A DNA stretch of 64,000 bases, from the NCBI GenBank assembly GCA_002687935.1, contig NZBN01000002.1, forward strand, positions 7,394-71,393. The letters run 5' to 3'. Each line of letters begins with the position of its first letter. Positions within the stretch are counted from its first letter, which is position 1. A program made the position numbers and the translations under genes. The notes below the pieces were generated by a model, which was given only the letters and a program-made list of their open reading frames with translations, ran no database searches and had not been told where the DNA came from. Below are positions 28,975 through 37,523 of the stretch, piece after piece. The stretch comes from Methanobacteriota archaeon (GTDB lineage Archaea; Undinarchaeota; Undinarchaeia; Undinarchaeales; Undinarchaeaceae).

Positions 28975-29540
28975 AGAACAGAATAATTGCACTGACTGGT
29001 GTTCCCGGTTCCGGGAAGACAACAGTTCTCAAGAAAGCTCTTAGTATGGCTTCTAATGTTTCTGTTGTAAATTTTGCAGATGTTATGCTCGGTGTTGGAG
29101 AAGAACTTGGTCTTGGTTCTGACCACGACGCAATACGGAAACAACCTCTTGATGTTCAGAAAGAGCTCCAGAAGAAGGCAGCGAAAAAGATAGCAAAGGA
29201 TGCCAGCGGGATAACAATAGTTGATACGCATGCTACAATCAAGACCAAGGACGGTTATTTGCCAGGACTTCCTCAATGGGTCCTTTCTGTACTTAATCCG
29301 TCAACAATAGTTATTGTAGAAGCTTCAAGCAAGGACATAAATCTCAGAAGGCAAATGGACAAGTCTAGAAGCCGGGATGATGATGGAGAAGTTGGAATAG
29401 AACTTCATCAGGAGTTAAATCGGGCAATTTCTCTTGCATATGCAGCAGCATCAGGGGCAACAGTTAAGATAATTATAAATGAGCAGAATAAGCTTGAAGA
29501 GGCTTCCAAAACACTTCTCGATTTACTGGGAGGAAACTAA
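28971..29540 (+). CDS. adk: Adenylate kinase, archaeal type
   Basis: P-loop GVPGSGKTT. 189 aa. Follows secY. Confidence 0.85.
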   Translation: MKNRIIALTGVPGSGKTTVLKKALSMASNVSVVNFADVMLGVGEELGLGSDHDAIRKQPLDVQKELQKKAAKKIAKDASGITIVDTHATIKTKDGYLPGLPQWVLSVLNPSTIVIVEASSKDINLRRQMDKSRSRDDDGEVGIELHQELNRAISLAYAAASGATVKIIINEQNKLEEASKTLLDLLGGN

Positions 29541-29995
29541 TGAGTATTCTCTCAAGTCCTATGTATTTTATTATGGTAGTTTCCGCCGTCCTAACTCTGA
29601 CTCTTTCTCTTGTAAATAAGGTTTTCACAGATCCTGAAAGAATGAAGGAAATACAGGCTATTATGAAATCATATAACAAGGAATTGATGGCGGCCACTAG
29701 AGCTAAGGATAGTGAAAAACTGGAGAAACTCCAGAAGGAAAAATCAAAGATTTCTCAAATGCAACAGGAAATGATGAAGATGCAGAAGCCAATCTTCCTT
29801 TCAATGATTCCTTTTCTGGTTGTGTTCTATTTTCTTGGGAAGCTTGCTACAGGTCAGGGCTGGGGAGAATTTATTCAACTTCCTTTTACAATAAGTCTTT
29901 TTAGTGTAGGTAATGATTTGACTTGGATTGGATGGTATATGTGGTGCTCACTCCCCTTTACTATGCTTTTCAGAAAAGCACTTGGAATAAGTTAA
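29540..29995 (+). CDS. DUF106 membrane protein (archaeal YidC/Oxa1/EMC3-like insertase homologue)
   Basis: Three TM helices flank a coiled-coil segment. It lies in the conserved adk-neighbouring position. Confidence 0.65.
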   Translation: MSILSSPMYFIMVVSAVLTLTLSLVNKVFTDPERMKEIQAIMKSYNKELMAATRAKDSEKLEKLQKEKSKISQMQQEMMKMQKPIFLSMIPFLVVFYFLGKLATGQGWGEFIQLPFTISLFSVGNDLTWIGWYMWCSLPFTMLFRKALGIS

Positions 29996-29996
29996 A

Positions 29997-30551
29997 ATGC
30001 CAGTAATTACTATCGGCGGTCCACCTGGGGCAGGAACTACCACTATTGCTAAAGCATTGGCTGAACATTTTTCTTTAAGATATATCTCAACTGGGGATAT
30101 TTTTAGAAAAATTGCAAAAGACCGTGGTATAAGTCTTAATGAGCTCAATAAGACTGCAGAAAGAGAAGTTGATGAATTGGTTGACAAACGCAGTAGAGAG
30201 GAAGGGCTTGCAGGTGATGTTGTAATTGACGGTGATATTGCCGCGTGGATAAATCCTGATGCTGAGTTTAAATTCTATTTCACAGCATCTCTGGAAACTC
30301 GTGCAAAGAGGATTTTTGGGGATTCAAAAATAAGACTTGCTGAAGAAAGGCAGACATTTGAAAATGTTGAAAGAAATATTGAGAAAAGGTTAGAGGATGA
30401 CAAGCGTCGTTATATGGAATATTACAGTATAAATCTTGATGATATGTCAATATATGGTCTCGTTATTGACACAGAAACACTTTCTGTCGAAGACGTTATA
30501 AAGACGGCAATAGACTATATTGAAGGGAAGGGAGTTGATAATGATGATTGA
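29997..30551 (+). CDS. cmk: Cytidylate kinase, archaeal type
   Basis: P-loop GPPGAGTTT. 184 aa. Confidence 0.8.
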   Translation: MPVITIGGPPGAGTTTIAKALAEHFSLRYISTGDIFRKIAKDRGISLNELNKTAEREVDELVDKRSREEGLAGDVVIDGDIAAWINPDAEFKFYFTASLETRAKRIFGDSKIRLAEERQTFENVERNIEKRLEDDKRRYMEYYSINLDDMSIYGLVIDTETLSVEDVIKTAIDYIEGKGVDNDD

Positions 30552-30909
30552 TGTTGGAAGAGTATGTACAAAGACTGCAGGAAGGGAAAACGGTAATATT
30601 TGTCTTGTAATCGAAAATATTGATGATATATTTGCAATAGTGGCCGGACCTAGTGTAAAGAAAAAAAGGTGTAATGTAAAACATCTTTCTCAACTTCCTA
30701 GGAAGCTCCTTGTTTCTAAAGGGGCTTCACAGGCTGATGCATCTCGGATTCTTGCAGAGGCAGGTCTTGTAGAGGGACTTGAAGTAAAGTCTCCTAAGAA
30801 AGAAGAAAAAAAAGCCCCTAAAAAACCTGTAAAGAAGGCTGAAAAAACCAAAGCTGTCAAAACAAGTAAAAAACCGGCAACGAAGAAAGCTCTTCCCACA
30901 AAAAAGTAG
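30541..30909 (+). CDS. rpl14e: Ribosomal protein L14e with K-rich C-terminal tail
   Basis: The core MIDVGRVCTKTAGRENG matches eL14/KOW. The ORF-track start is probably 21 nt too far upstream. Confidence 0.75.
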   Translation: MMIDVGRVCTKTAGRENGNICLVIENIDDIFAIVAGPSVKKKRCNVKHLSQLPRKLLVSKGASQADASRILAEAGLVEGLEVKSPKKEEKKAPKKPVKKAEKTKAVKTSKKPATKKALPTKK

Positions 30910-30915
30910 GTAGTT

Positions 30916-31896
30916 ATGAATTCTGGAAAGCTTCCCTTTGAGAGAGAGAGAGAAATACTAATTCGCAAGGAGGAAGAGACTAATCCTGACTTGGGTTCTT
31001 CTCCGGATGAAAGAAGCATTGAAGAACTTCTTAAAGCTTGTATAATTAATATTGACAAGTCGGCAGGTCCCACGTCTGCTAGAATTACTGATTTTGTCAA
31101 GGAAATTATAGGCACAAAAAAATGTGGACACTCAGGAACTTTGGACCCAGGTGTTACTGGCGTTTTTCCTGTTGGTGTCGGAAGTGGAACTAAAGCTCTC
31201 CATTCTCTTCTTATAGCAGGGAAGGAATATCTCACTCTTATGCGTTTGCACGAAGAAATTTCTGAAAGAAAACTAAAAAAAGTTCTCAAAAGATTCACCA
31301 CAAAACTATATCAGACTCCTCCCATAAAATCAAATGTCAAAAGAGTTCTCAGAGTCAGAGAAGTATATTATACTAAACTCATTGAGTCCGAAGGAAAGGA
31401 TGCACTGTTCACTGTTGGCTGTGAAGCCGGGACTTATATTCGGAGACTTTGTTATGACATTGGAGAAGTAACTGGTTCTGGCGCTCACATGCAGCAGTTG
31501 AGAAGAACTCGTGTGGCAAACTTTGACGAAACTACTCTTGTTACATTACAGCAATTAAAGGATGCATTTGTTTTCTGGAAAGAAGGGGATGAAAGTGAAC
31601 TTAGAAAGACATTACTTCCTATTGAATCTGCATTATCCCATCTTCCAAAAGTGGTAATAAGTGATTTCGCAATTCCTTCAGTAACAACTGGTGCACAGCT
31701 TGCCGTTCCTGGCATACTTAGTGTAGAGTCAGGTATATCTCCAGGGGAATTAGTGGCTGTTCTAAGTCAAAAAGGTGAGGGAGTTCTCTATGGTTCGGCT
31801 CTTGTTTCTTCTGAAGATATGATATCAATGAAAAAGGGGCTTGCAGTCAAGACAGAAAGAGTTCTTATGAATCCCTCAACATATTCAACAAAATGA
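30916..31896 (+). CDS. cbf5: tRNA/rRNA pseudouridine synthase Cbf5 (H/ACA RNP catalytic subunit, TruB plus PUA)
   Basis: The TruB catalytic segment HSGTLDP contains the catalytic Asp. A C-terminal PUA domain is present. Confidence 0.85.
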   Translation: MNSGKLPFEREREILIRKEEETNPDLGSSPDERSIEELLKACIINIDKSAGPTSARITDFVKEIIGTKKCGHSGTLDPGVTGVFPVGVGSGTKALHSLLIAGKEYLTLMRLHEEISERKLKKVLKRFTTKLYQTPPIKSNVKRVLRVREVYYTKLIESEGKDALFTVGCEAGTYIRRLCYDIGEVTGSGAHMQQLRRTRVANFDETTLVTLQQLKDAFVFWKEGDESELRKTLLPIESALSHLPKVVISDFAIPSVTTGAQLAVPGILSVESGISPGELVAVLSQKGEGVLYGSALVSSEDMISMKKGLAVKTERVLMNPSTYSTK

Positions 31897-32573
31897 GCAC
31901 TGAAGAACAACAAGAGCATTATTACAAGGAAAAGACAAAGATTCCTCTTCATCTCGGAGAAGTTTCTGCTTTAATCAAAGGTACTGAACTAAAGTTATTT
32001 TCTTCTCCCCCTGTATTTTCTTGGAGGCAAATTGACAAAGGCAGTCTTATTATGGCCGAGAATATGCTTATTCCTGAAGGGCAGGGAAAGCTTCTTGATA
32101 TGGGCTGTGGTTATGGGGTTCTCGGTATTTTTGCAGCTCTTCAGAATCCTCTACTCGAGGTGCAGATGGTTGATTCAAGCGAGCGTGCTGTGTATCTGAC
32201 AAAGAAAAACATTCGGAAATATGGTCTTGGTTCGCGTGTCACAGTTGTTCAGGGAAATTTGTTTGAAAAGCTTGAGGATAAAGATTTTGATACTATTGTC
32301 TCAAATCCGCCTTATTCTGCTGGGAAGGATGTGGTTGAACGCTTGATTGCTGATTCTCCTGCTTATTTGGCTGAAGTGGGTACGCTTCAAATTGTAGGCC
32401 GGCATTCCAAAGGCGGTAAAATGTATAGAGACTACATTAAAGAGGCATTTACTTATGAGTTTGAGTTTGGAAAACAGAGTGGATTTCGTATATATCTTGG
32501 GAGTAAAAAAGATATACCTGAACTACGAGAGGATAAAGAGTCTATACTGGAGTCTTACTCCACGGACGAATAA
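31893..32573 (+). CDS. Class I SAM-dependent methyltransferase, RsmC/MTS-domain-like
   Basis: Motif I LDMGCGYGVLG and motif IV VSNPPY. Confidence 0.7.
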   Translation: MSTEEQQEHYYKEKTKIPLHLGEVSALIKGTELKLFSSPPVFSWRQIDKGSLIMAENMLIPEGQGKLLDMGCGYGVLGIFAALQNPLLEVQMVDSSERAVYLTKKNIRKYGLGSRVTVVQGNLFEKLEDKDFDTIVSNPPYSAGKDVVERLIADSPAYLAEVGTLQIVGRHSKGGKMYRDYIKEAFTYEFEFGKQSGFRIYLGSKKDIPELREDKESILESYSTDE

Positions 32574-32596
32574 AGTTCCGATAATGGACTAATACT

Positions 32597-32680
32597 GCCG
32601 AGGTCGCATAATCTGGTATTGCGCTACCCTGGAAAGGTAGTTTCCTTCGGGATGTGTGAGTTCAAATCTCACCCTCGGCG
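32597..32680 (+). tRNA. tRNA-Ser (anticodon GGA)
   Basis: Cloverleaf folded by eye: acceptor GCCGAGG/CCUCGGC. Anticodon loop CUGGAAA gives GGA. Long variable arm. T-loop GUUCAAAUC. Confidence 0.8.
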
Positions 32681-32685
32681 CTTCG

Positions 32686-32696
32686 TTACTTTTTTT
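32686..32696 (+). terminator. Oligo-T tract immediately after the tRNA (archaeal-type terminator)
   Basis: ACTTTTTTTAT follows directly after the tRNA 3' end. Confidence 0.4.
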
Positions 32697-32720
32697 ATAT
32701 GGGGACGTACTAGTTATTTT

Positions 32721-32861
32721 ATGGCAAAAACAGATCCTGTAAAATTAACTTCTTCAATTTTAGAAGCAGTTGATATTGCTTCAGAAAATAATAAAGCTCT
32801 TAATCCTGCTTATAGTGCAATTCCTTTCAATAAACTGTATTTATATACTGTAAGTCTATAG
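32721..32861 (+). CDS. Small hypothetical ORF (46 aa) in an AT-rich islet
   Basis: Starts MAKTDPVKLTSSILEAVDIASENNKAL. The ORF-track entry 32619..32861 runs upstream through the tRNA, which is implausible. Confidence 0.25.
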   Translation: MAKTDPVKLTSSILEAVDIASENNKALNPAYSAIPFNKLYLYTVSL

Positions 32862-32911
32862 CAAATAGGTGGCATTGGCTAAATAGGTCTAAAATATTCC
32901 ACAATTTCGTA

Positions 32912-33436
32912 ATGAGGCACCAGTGGGTACCCATTTACTTTATTCCACATTCGCGCAGTTTCTCGTCCAAGCGTGGCTTTGCCGAATCACGACTTAGAAG
33001 GCGTCTTGAAAAACAGGGCTGGTCTGTCTGGAAAGGTCTCCTGGTTGGTGCTGTACGAATGCAAGATGATTATTCAACTGCAACGGAAAAGTATGAATTA
33101 CTTTCTAAATTTTTAGAAAAACATAGTGCGGAGCTTCTGGAAAAACTCCAATATTATTGTTCTGTTCATTTTGGCTTTCCTGATTTTATCTGTAACAAAG
33201 GTAGGGAATGGAAATTTGTTGAATGTAAGTTGGGCTATGAGCCTCTCAGTGAAAAACAGAAAAAATGTATAATGGAGCTTCAGCTTCTAGGTCTTAATGT
33301 TGAGGTTCATAAACTAGTCAGTAGCCATACAGGAACTCAGTCTGCAATGGTAAATTTAAAAGGAACTGGTAAAATAATAACTCGAAAACAACTAACTCTT
33401 AATGACAGGCTCTTTAGCAGGTGCCAAAACATATAA
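32912..33436 (+). CDS. VRR-NUC domain nuclease (PD-(D/E)xK superfamily); probable real start at the ATG at 33059
   Basis: GFPDFICNKGREWKFVECKLGYEPLSEKQKKCIMELQLLGLNVEV matches the VRR-NUC consensus (G.PD... fVEvK ... LS..Q..w...l...G..vev). Confidence 0.65.
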   Translation: MRHQWVPIYFIPHSRSFSSKRGFAESRLRRRLEKQGWSVWKGLLVGAVRMQDDYSTATEKYELLSKFLEKHSAELLEKLQYYCSVHFGFPDFICNKGREWKFVECKLGYEPLSEKQKKCIMELQLLGLNVEVHKLVSSHTGTQSAMVNLKGTGKIITRKQLTLNDRLFSRCQNI

Positions 33437-33463
33437 AACATCCATCTCTAAATTTAGCTACTC

Positions 33464-33625
33464 ATGTTAAAAGAACTAAGGAAAAAATTACAAAATCTTA
33501 GCAAGATAAAGAATTGTCCAGCATGCAGTTCTAAGGATATTACTTATGATTCTAAGGGTAAAGCACATCTCTGCAATGATTGTGGTGTAGATATTCAGGC
33601 TACTATTTCTTCTAAAACTGAGTGA
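33464..33625 (+). CDS. Small zinc-ribbon protein (53 aa; below ORF-track cutoff)
   Basis: Manual translation MLKELRKKLQNLSKIKNCPACSSKDITYDSKGKAHLCNDCGVDIQATISSKTE, with the pattern CPAC-x15-CNDC. Confidence 0.4.
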   Translation: MLKELRKKLQNLSKIKNCPACSSKDITYDSKGKAHLCNDCGVDIQATISSKTE

Positions 33626-33680
33626 TTTTAGGTCCTTTCTATATAGATAAAGTATATAAAGTCCTATGTACTAGGAGATG

Positions 33681-33902
33681 TGCTAGGAGGTGAAGGCAGC
33701 GCAAACCTTCGGGGGTGCGCTTTGAAGTGTTTCGAAAGAAACATGGATGTTGCTGTAAAAAGCAGGTCTTCGCTTTATAGCTCCCATAAAATGCTGGGAG
33801 GTGAAGGCAGTACAATTCTTCGGACTTGTACTCTGAAATATCTTGAAAGGGATATGGATGCTGCTGTAAAAAGCAAGTCTTCACAAAACAGCACTAAATT
33901 TT
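33681..33902 (+). ncRNA. Candidate structured ncRNA made of two tandem 111-nt units, each starting with a GGAGGTGA motif and carrying two hairpins
   Basis: Unit 1 spans 33681-33791 and unit 2 spans 33792-33902. Hairpin A is AGCGCA-AACCUUCGGGGG-UGCGCU versus AGUACAA-UUCUUCGGAC-UUGUACU (UUCG loop). Hairpin B is GUGUUUC-GAAA-GAAACAU versus AUAUCUU-GAAA-GGGAUAU. Compensatory changes preserve the pairing in both hairpins. TATA-like boxes lie at 33640-33656 and a T-tract at 33899-33907. Confidence 0.5.
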
Positions 33903-34637
33903 TGTTTGCTTAGCAACCTTTTCTGATTCTATTCTAGCCTTTTCACTATCTCCTAGATAGTAATGCTTTACAGGATTCAAATTATCATCTAGCTCATAAA
34001 CAAGAGGAATTCCGGTTGGTATATTCAATTTCGTTATTTCCTCGTCTGATATCTTATCTAAATATTTTACAAGTGCCCTAAGGCTGTTTCCATGGGCGCA
34101 TATTATCAATTTCTTACCTTCCTTTAATGATGGAGCAATTTTATCATTCCAATAAGGCAGTACTCTGTTAACAACATCTTCCAAACTTTCTGTGGCTGGC
34201 AGTTCACCCTTTTCAAGTTTTGCGTAAAGTTCGTCATTTTTTGGATGCCTCTCGTCATCACCACTTAAAGTCGGTGGTCTAATGTCGTAACTTCTTCTCC
34301 ACAGGAAGACTTTTTTCTCCCCCTCTTTCTCTGCAGTTTCTTTTTTGTTAAGTCCTTGGAGGGCCCCATAATGTCTTTCATTGAGTCGCCAGTTTTTGTA
34401 TATAGGAATTTCTGAGAGTCTCATTTCTTTTAAAACTATATCAAGAGTTTCTGTTGAACGTTTTAGAACTGAAGTATATGCTTCGTCAAAAGTATAGTTT
34501 CCTTCTGTCAAAAGTTTGGCAGACTCCTCTGCTTCCATTTTTCCTTTCTCCGTCAGTCCAACATCTGTCCAGCCGGTAAACTTGTTTTCAAGGTTCCATA
34601 CACTTTCTCCGTGCCTGAGAAGTACCAGCTTTATCAT
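33894..34637 (-). CDS. gpmA: 2,3-bisphosphoglycerate-dependent phosphoglycerate mutase
   Basis: [23 protein letters not shown] and the RHYG motif mark the histidine-phosphatase dPGM family. Confidence 0.85.
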   Translation of the reverse strand: MIKLVLLRHGESVWNLENKFTGWTDVGLTEKGKMEAEESAKLLTEGNYTFDEAYTSVLKRSTETLDIVLKEMRLSEIPIYKNWRLNERHYGALQGLNKKETAEKEGEKKVFLWRRSYDIRPPTLSGDDERHPKNDELYAKLEKGELPATESLEDVVNRVLPYWNDKIAPSLKEGKKLIICAHGNSLRALVKYLDKISDEEITKLNIPTGIPLVYELDDNLNPVKHYYLGDSEKARIESEKVAKQTKI

Positions 34638-34638
34638 A

Positions 34639-35325
34639 TTATATTTGGAAAAGGAGCCCTAGGTTGTAAGTCAAAGCAGTCGCGAATATGCCAATTGCTA
34701 CCATTTCAAAACCTCCAACATACCATTTCTTCACTGTGAATTTGCTCTTCGTTGCCCCTCCTATGAAGAGTGCAATTGCTGTGAAAGTGATTGCGTATGG
34801 AAGTGCCTGGGCTGAAAGTGCAAATATCATGAAAGGTATTACAGGTATAATTGCTCCCAAAACAAAGGCAAGGCCTGTGTATCCTGCTGCCTTCCCGGGA
34901 TTTTTATCACTAACCTTTCCAAAACCGAGCTCTTCTTCCATCATTACTCTGAGCCATATTTCTTCATCAGATGTTATTACCTCAACAACTCTTTCTAAAT
35001 CCTTCCCTTTGAATCCCTTCTTCGCATAAATGTCACGTATTTCCTGTCTCTCAACTTCAGGCATATCTAGTATTTCTTGTTTTTCTCGCTCAAGCTCCTT
35101 GTCATAAAGTTCAGAATTGGATTTAGTTGACAAGTAGTTGCTGGACATCATAGATATGGCTCCTGCTAGAACTTCAGCTATCCCTGCTATCAGAACAATT
35201 TTACTCTGAGCGACTGCCCCTGCTACACCTGCAATAAGAGCTAGGTTTGAGACAAGTCCGTCGTTGAGCCCCAGTATAGCGTCTCCTATGTATTTCTTTT
35301 CGTCAATTAGATGGGCCTTTTCCAT
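34639..35325 (-). CDS. VIT1/CCC1-family membrane protein (putative iron/manganese transporter)
   Basis: An N-terminal cytosolic segment is followed by the [10 protein letters not shown] motif and TM helices. Confidence 0.6.
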   Translation of the reverse strand: MEKAHLIDEKKYIGDAILGLNDGLVSNLALIAGVAGAVAQSKIVLIAGIAEVLAGAISMMSSNYLSTKSNSELYDKELEREKQEILDMPEVERQEIRDIYAKKGFKGKDLERVVEVITSDEEIWLRVMMEEELGFGKVSDKNPGKAAGYTGLAFVLGAIIPVIPFMIFALSAQALPYAITFTAIALFIGGATKSKFTVKKWYVGGFEMVAIGIFATALTYNLGLLFQI

Positions 35326-35378
35326 GCGAGAGCTTATTTAGGAATGGCATAAATATGTTTTGAACTATATAATCTAAA

Positions 35379-36077
35379 ATGATGCCAAAAATATATAGTG
35401 CAAGTCTTAAGGAAGTGGAGAAGCTTTCTGATGACGTCAGTTATTTCACTTTTAATTTGGACTCATCTATGTCGTTTGAGCCCGGGCAGTTTGTAATGCT
35501 TGCGATGGAGATAGATGGTGAGAAGGTAAAACGTGCATATTCTATAGTAAGCAGTCCGGAATCTACAAAGGAGCTTGGCTTCTGTATCAAAGTTTTGAAA
35601 GACGGAAAACTTTCTCCTGCCCTAAACTCCATTAAAAAAGGTGATTTGGTGGAGATCCAGGGACCTTATGGTAAATTTTCTCTATCTGAACCTAAACTTG
35701 ATCAGCTTTTTATAGCTGCAGGAACTGGTGTGGCCCCCTTACTTCCTATGCTGAAATCTTATCTTGAAAATGAGTCTGGAAATGTAAGTCTGCTTTTTGG
35801 TTTCAGGCACGAAAACGACTTCCTTTTCAGAGAGGAGCTTGAGGCTCTTCTTTCAAAATATTCTAATTTTACACTGATCCCTGTGATGAGCCGTCCATCT
35901 GAGTCCTGGACTGGTCTGAAAGGACACGTTACAGTTTATGTTGCAGATAATGTGCATGATTCCAGCCGTACAATTGCGTACATCTGCGGTCGAAATGAAA
36001 TGGTGCTCGATGTCAGAAAAGCCCTGATTGAGGCGGGTCTAAGTCCTGAGAGAATAAAAATTGATAATTGGGGATAA
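35379..36077 (+). CDS. FAD/NAD(P)-binding oxidoreductase of the ferredoxin-NADP reductase-like family (PyrK/electron-transfer subunit-like)
   Basis: RAYSIV (RxYS FAD motif) and GTGVAPL NAD(P)-binding motif. Confidence 0.65.
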   Translation: MMPKIYSASLKEVEKLSDDVSYFTFNLDSSMSFEPGQFVMLAMEIDGEKVKRAYSIVSSPESTKELGFCIKVLKDGKLSPALNSIKKGDLVEIQGPYGKFSLSEPKLDQLFIAAGTGVAPLLPMLKSYLENESGNVSLLFGFRHENDFLFREELEALLSKYSNFTLIPVMSRPSESWTGLKGHVTVYVADNVHDSSRTIAYICGRNEMVLDVRKALIEAGLSPERIKIDNWG

Positions 36078-37523
36078 TTATCCCTTTAAAACACCAAGTG
36101 GAACTAAACGCGCAACAATTTTTCCTATTCCAACTTCGTGCGATACTTTGACGACTTCGTCAATATCTTTATAGGCTCCAGGAGCTTCCTCTGAAACGCC
36201 TCTCCAGCTTGCAGACCTGACTAATATCCCTTTACTTTTCAAATCTTTCTGAACCTTTTCTCCTTTATACAATTTATTTGCCTGATGTCTGCTCATCAGA
36301 CGTCCTGCTCCGTGTGCTGTGCTTCCGAATGTTTCCTTCATTCCGTCATCGGTTCCTACAAGAACATAGGAGGCAGTTCCCATGCTACCTGGTATCAGAA
36401 TTGGTTGTCCGACATCTCTGTATATTTCAGGTATCTCTACATGTCCTGGACCAAAGGCTCTTGTTGCTCCCTTTCTGTGTACATAGACTTTTTTCATTTT
36501 GCCATCTATTTCATGCTCTTCAAGTTTTGCCATATTATGACATACATCGTACATAAGTTTCAAATCAGAATTCGGAAATACTTTTTTGAATGAATTTCTT
36601 GCTTCATATGTCATAACTTGTCGGTTGCACCATCCAAAATTTGCAGCTGCACTCATGGCTTTGTAATAATCATTAGCTATATCAGTTCCAAGAGGTGCAT
36701 ATATCAATTCTTTATCCTCAAGATTTTTGAATATCTTTGCTTGTTCTGTTTCCATTCTTCTCAAATAATCTGTACAGACTTGGTGACCAAGACCTCTTGA
36801 GCCTGAGTGTATCATTACAACAACTTGTCCTGCCTCTCTTATTCCAAACTTTTCTGCCGTTTTTTTATCAAAAATTTCTTCAACAGCCTGAATTTCTATG
36901 AAATGGTTTCCTGCACCTAATGAGCCAACTTGCTTACATCCTCGTTTTTTCGCACGGTCTGAAACTTTAGAAGAATCAGCCTGTGGCATCTTTCCGTTTT
37001 CTTCACAACGTTCCTTGTCTTCTTCTGTTGCATAGCCCTTCTTAATTGCCCAGTCTATTCCAGTGTTCAAGACTTCCTCAAGTTCACTAGTTTCCAATTT
37101 TATTTTGGATTCAGAACCTACTCCGGTGTGTATGTTTTCATAAAGAACATTAAGTATCTCTCCCAATCTTTCGTTTACTTCATCTACAGTGAGATTGCTA
37201 GTTAATACCCGTACTCCACAGTTTATGTCATACCCAATTCCACCTGGGCTGATAATTCCATTTTCTGCGTCAAATGCGGCCACACCTCCTATTGGAAAAC
37301 CATAACCTTGGTGGGCATCGGGCATCATTATTGCGTGTTTGCAAATTCCAGGGAGTTTTGCCATATTAATTCCCTGTTCAAGTGCTCTGTCCTTTTCTAT
37401 ATCTGCCATCAACTTTTCTGAAGCAAATACTTTAAGGGGAACTTTCATGTCCCCTTTTTTTTCAAATACATAGATATTTTCTGATTCTTTTTTCATATGT
37501 CTACAACTACCTGCACCATACAC
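36078..37523 (-). CDS. rtcB: RNA-splicing ligase RtcB
   Basis: 481 aa with conserved His/Cys metal ligands and similarity to archaeal RtcB. Confidence 0.85.
   Translation of the reverse strand: MYGAGSCRHMKKESENIYVFEKKGDMKVPLKVFASEKLMADIEKDRALEQGINMAKLPGICKHAIMMPDAHQGYGFPIGGVAAFDAENGIISPGGIGYDINCGVRVLTSNLTVDEVNERLGEILNVLYENIHTGVGSESKIKLETSELEEVLNTGIDWAIKKGYATEEDKERCEENGKMPQADSSKVSDRAKKRGCKQVGSLGAGNHFIEIQAVEEIFDKKTAEKFGIREAGQVVVMIHSGSRGLGHQVCTDYLRRMETEQAKIFKNLEDKELIYAPLGTDIANDYYKAMSAAANFGWCNRQVMTYEARNSFKKVFPNSDLKLMYDVCHNMAKLEEHEIDGKMKKVYVHRKGATRAFGPGHVEIPEIYRDVGQPILIPGSMGTASYVLVGTDDGMKETFGSTAHGAGRLMSRHQANKLYKGEKVQKDLKSKGILVRSASWRGVSEEAPGAYKDIDEVVKVSHEVGIGKIVARLVPLGVLKG

Noticed and set aside
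32619-32861. 80-aa ORF whose 5' part runs through tRNA-Ser(GGA)
   Set aside because: Translation through a tRNA gene is implausible. Only the 46-aa downstream part (32721-32861) is kept, at low confidence.
32681-33893. Search for integrase/att direct repeat defining an integrated element
   Set aside because: No integrase or recombinase ORF is present. No obvious repeat of the tRNA 3' end was found near gpmA. The islet is therefore described only as a tRNA-adjacent accessory segment.
33681-33902. Possibility of a CRISPR array
   Set aside because: There are only two copies. The units are 111 nt, abut directly with no spacers, and diverge from each other. No cas genes are present.
33639-33913. 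ORF-track entries 33680..33913 (+, MLGGEGS... 37-aa repeat) and 33639..33884 (-) spanning the tandem repeat
   Set aside because: The repeat is open in several frames on both strands. The substitution pattern shows only a weak synonymous excess but perfect stem-preserving covariation, so I favour RNA. The protein-repeat alternative is kept as the stated refutation route.
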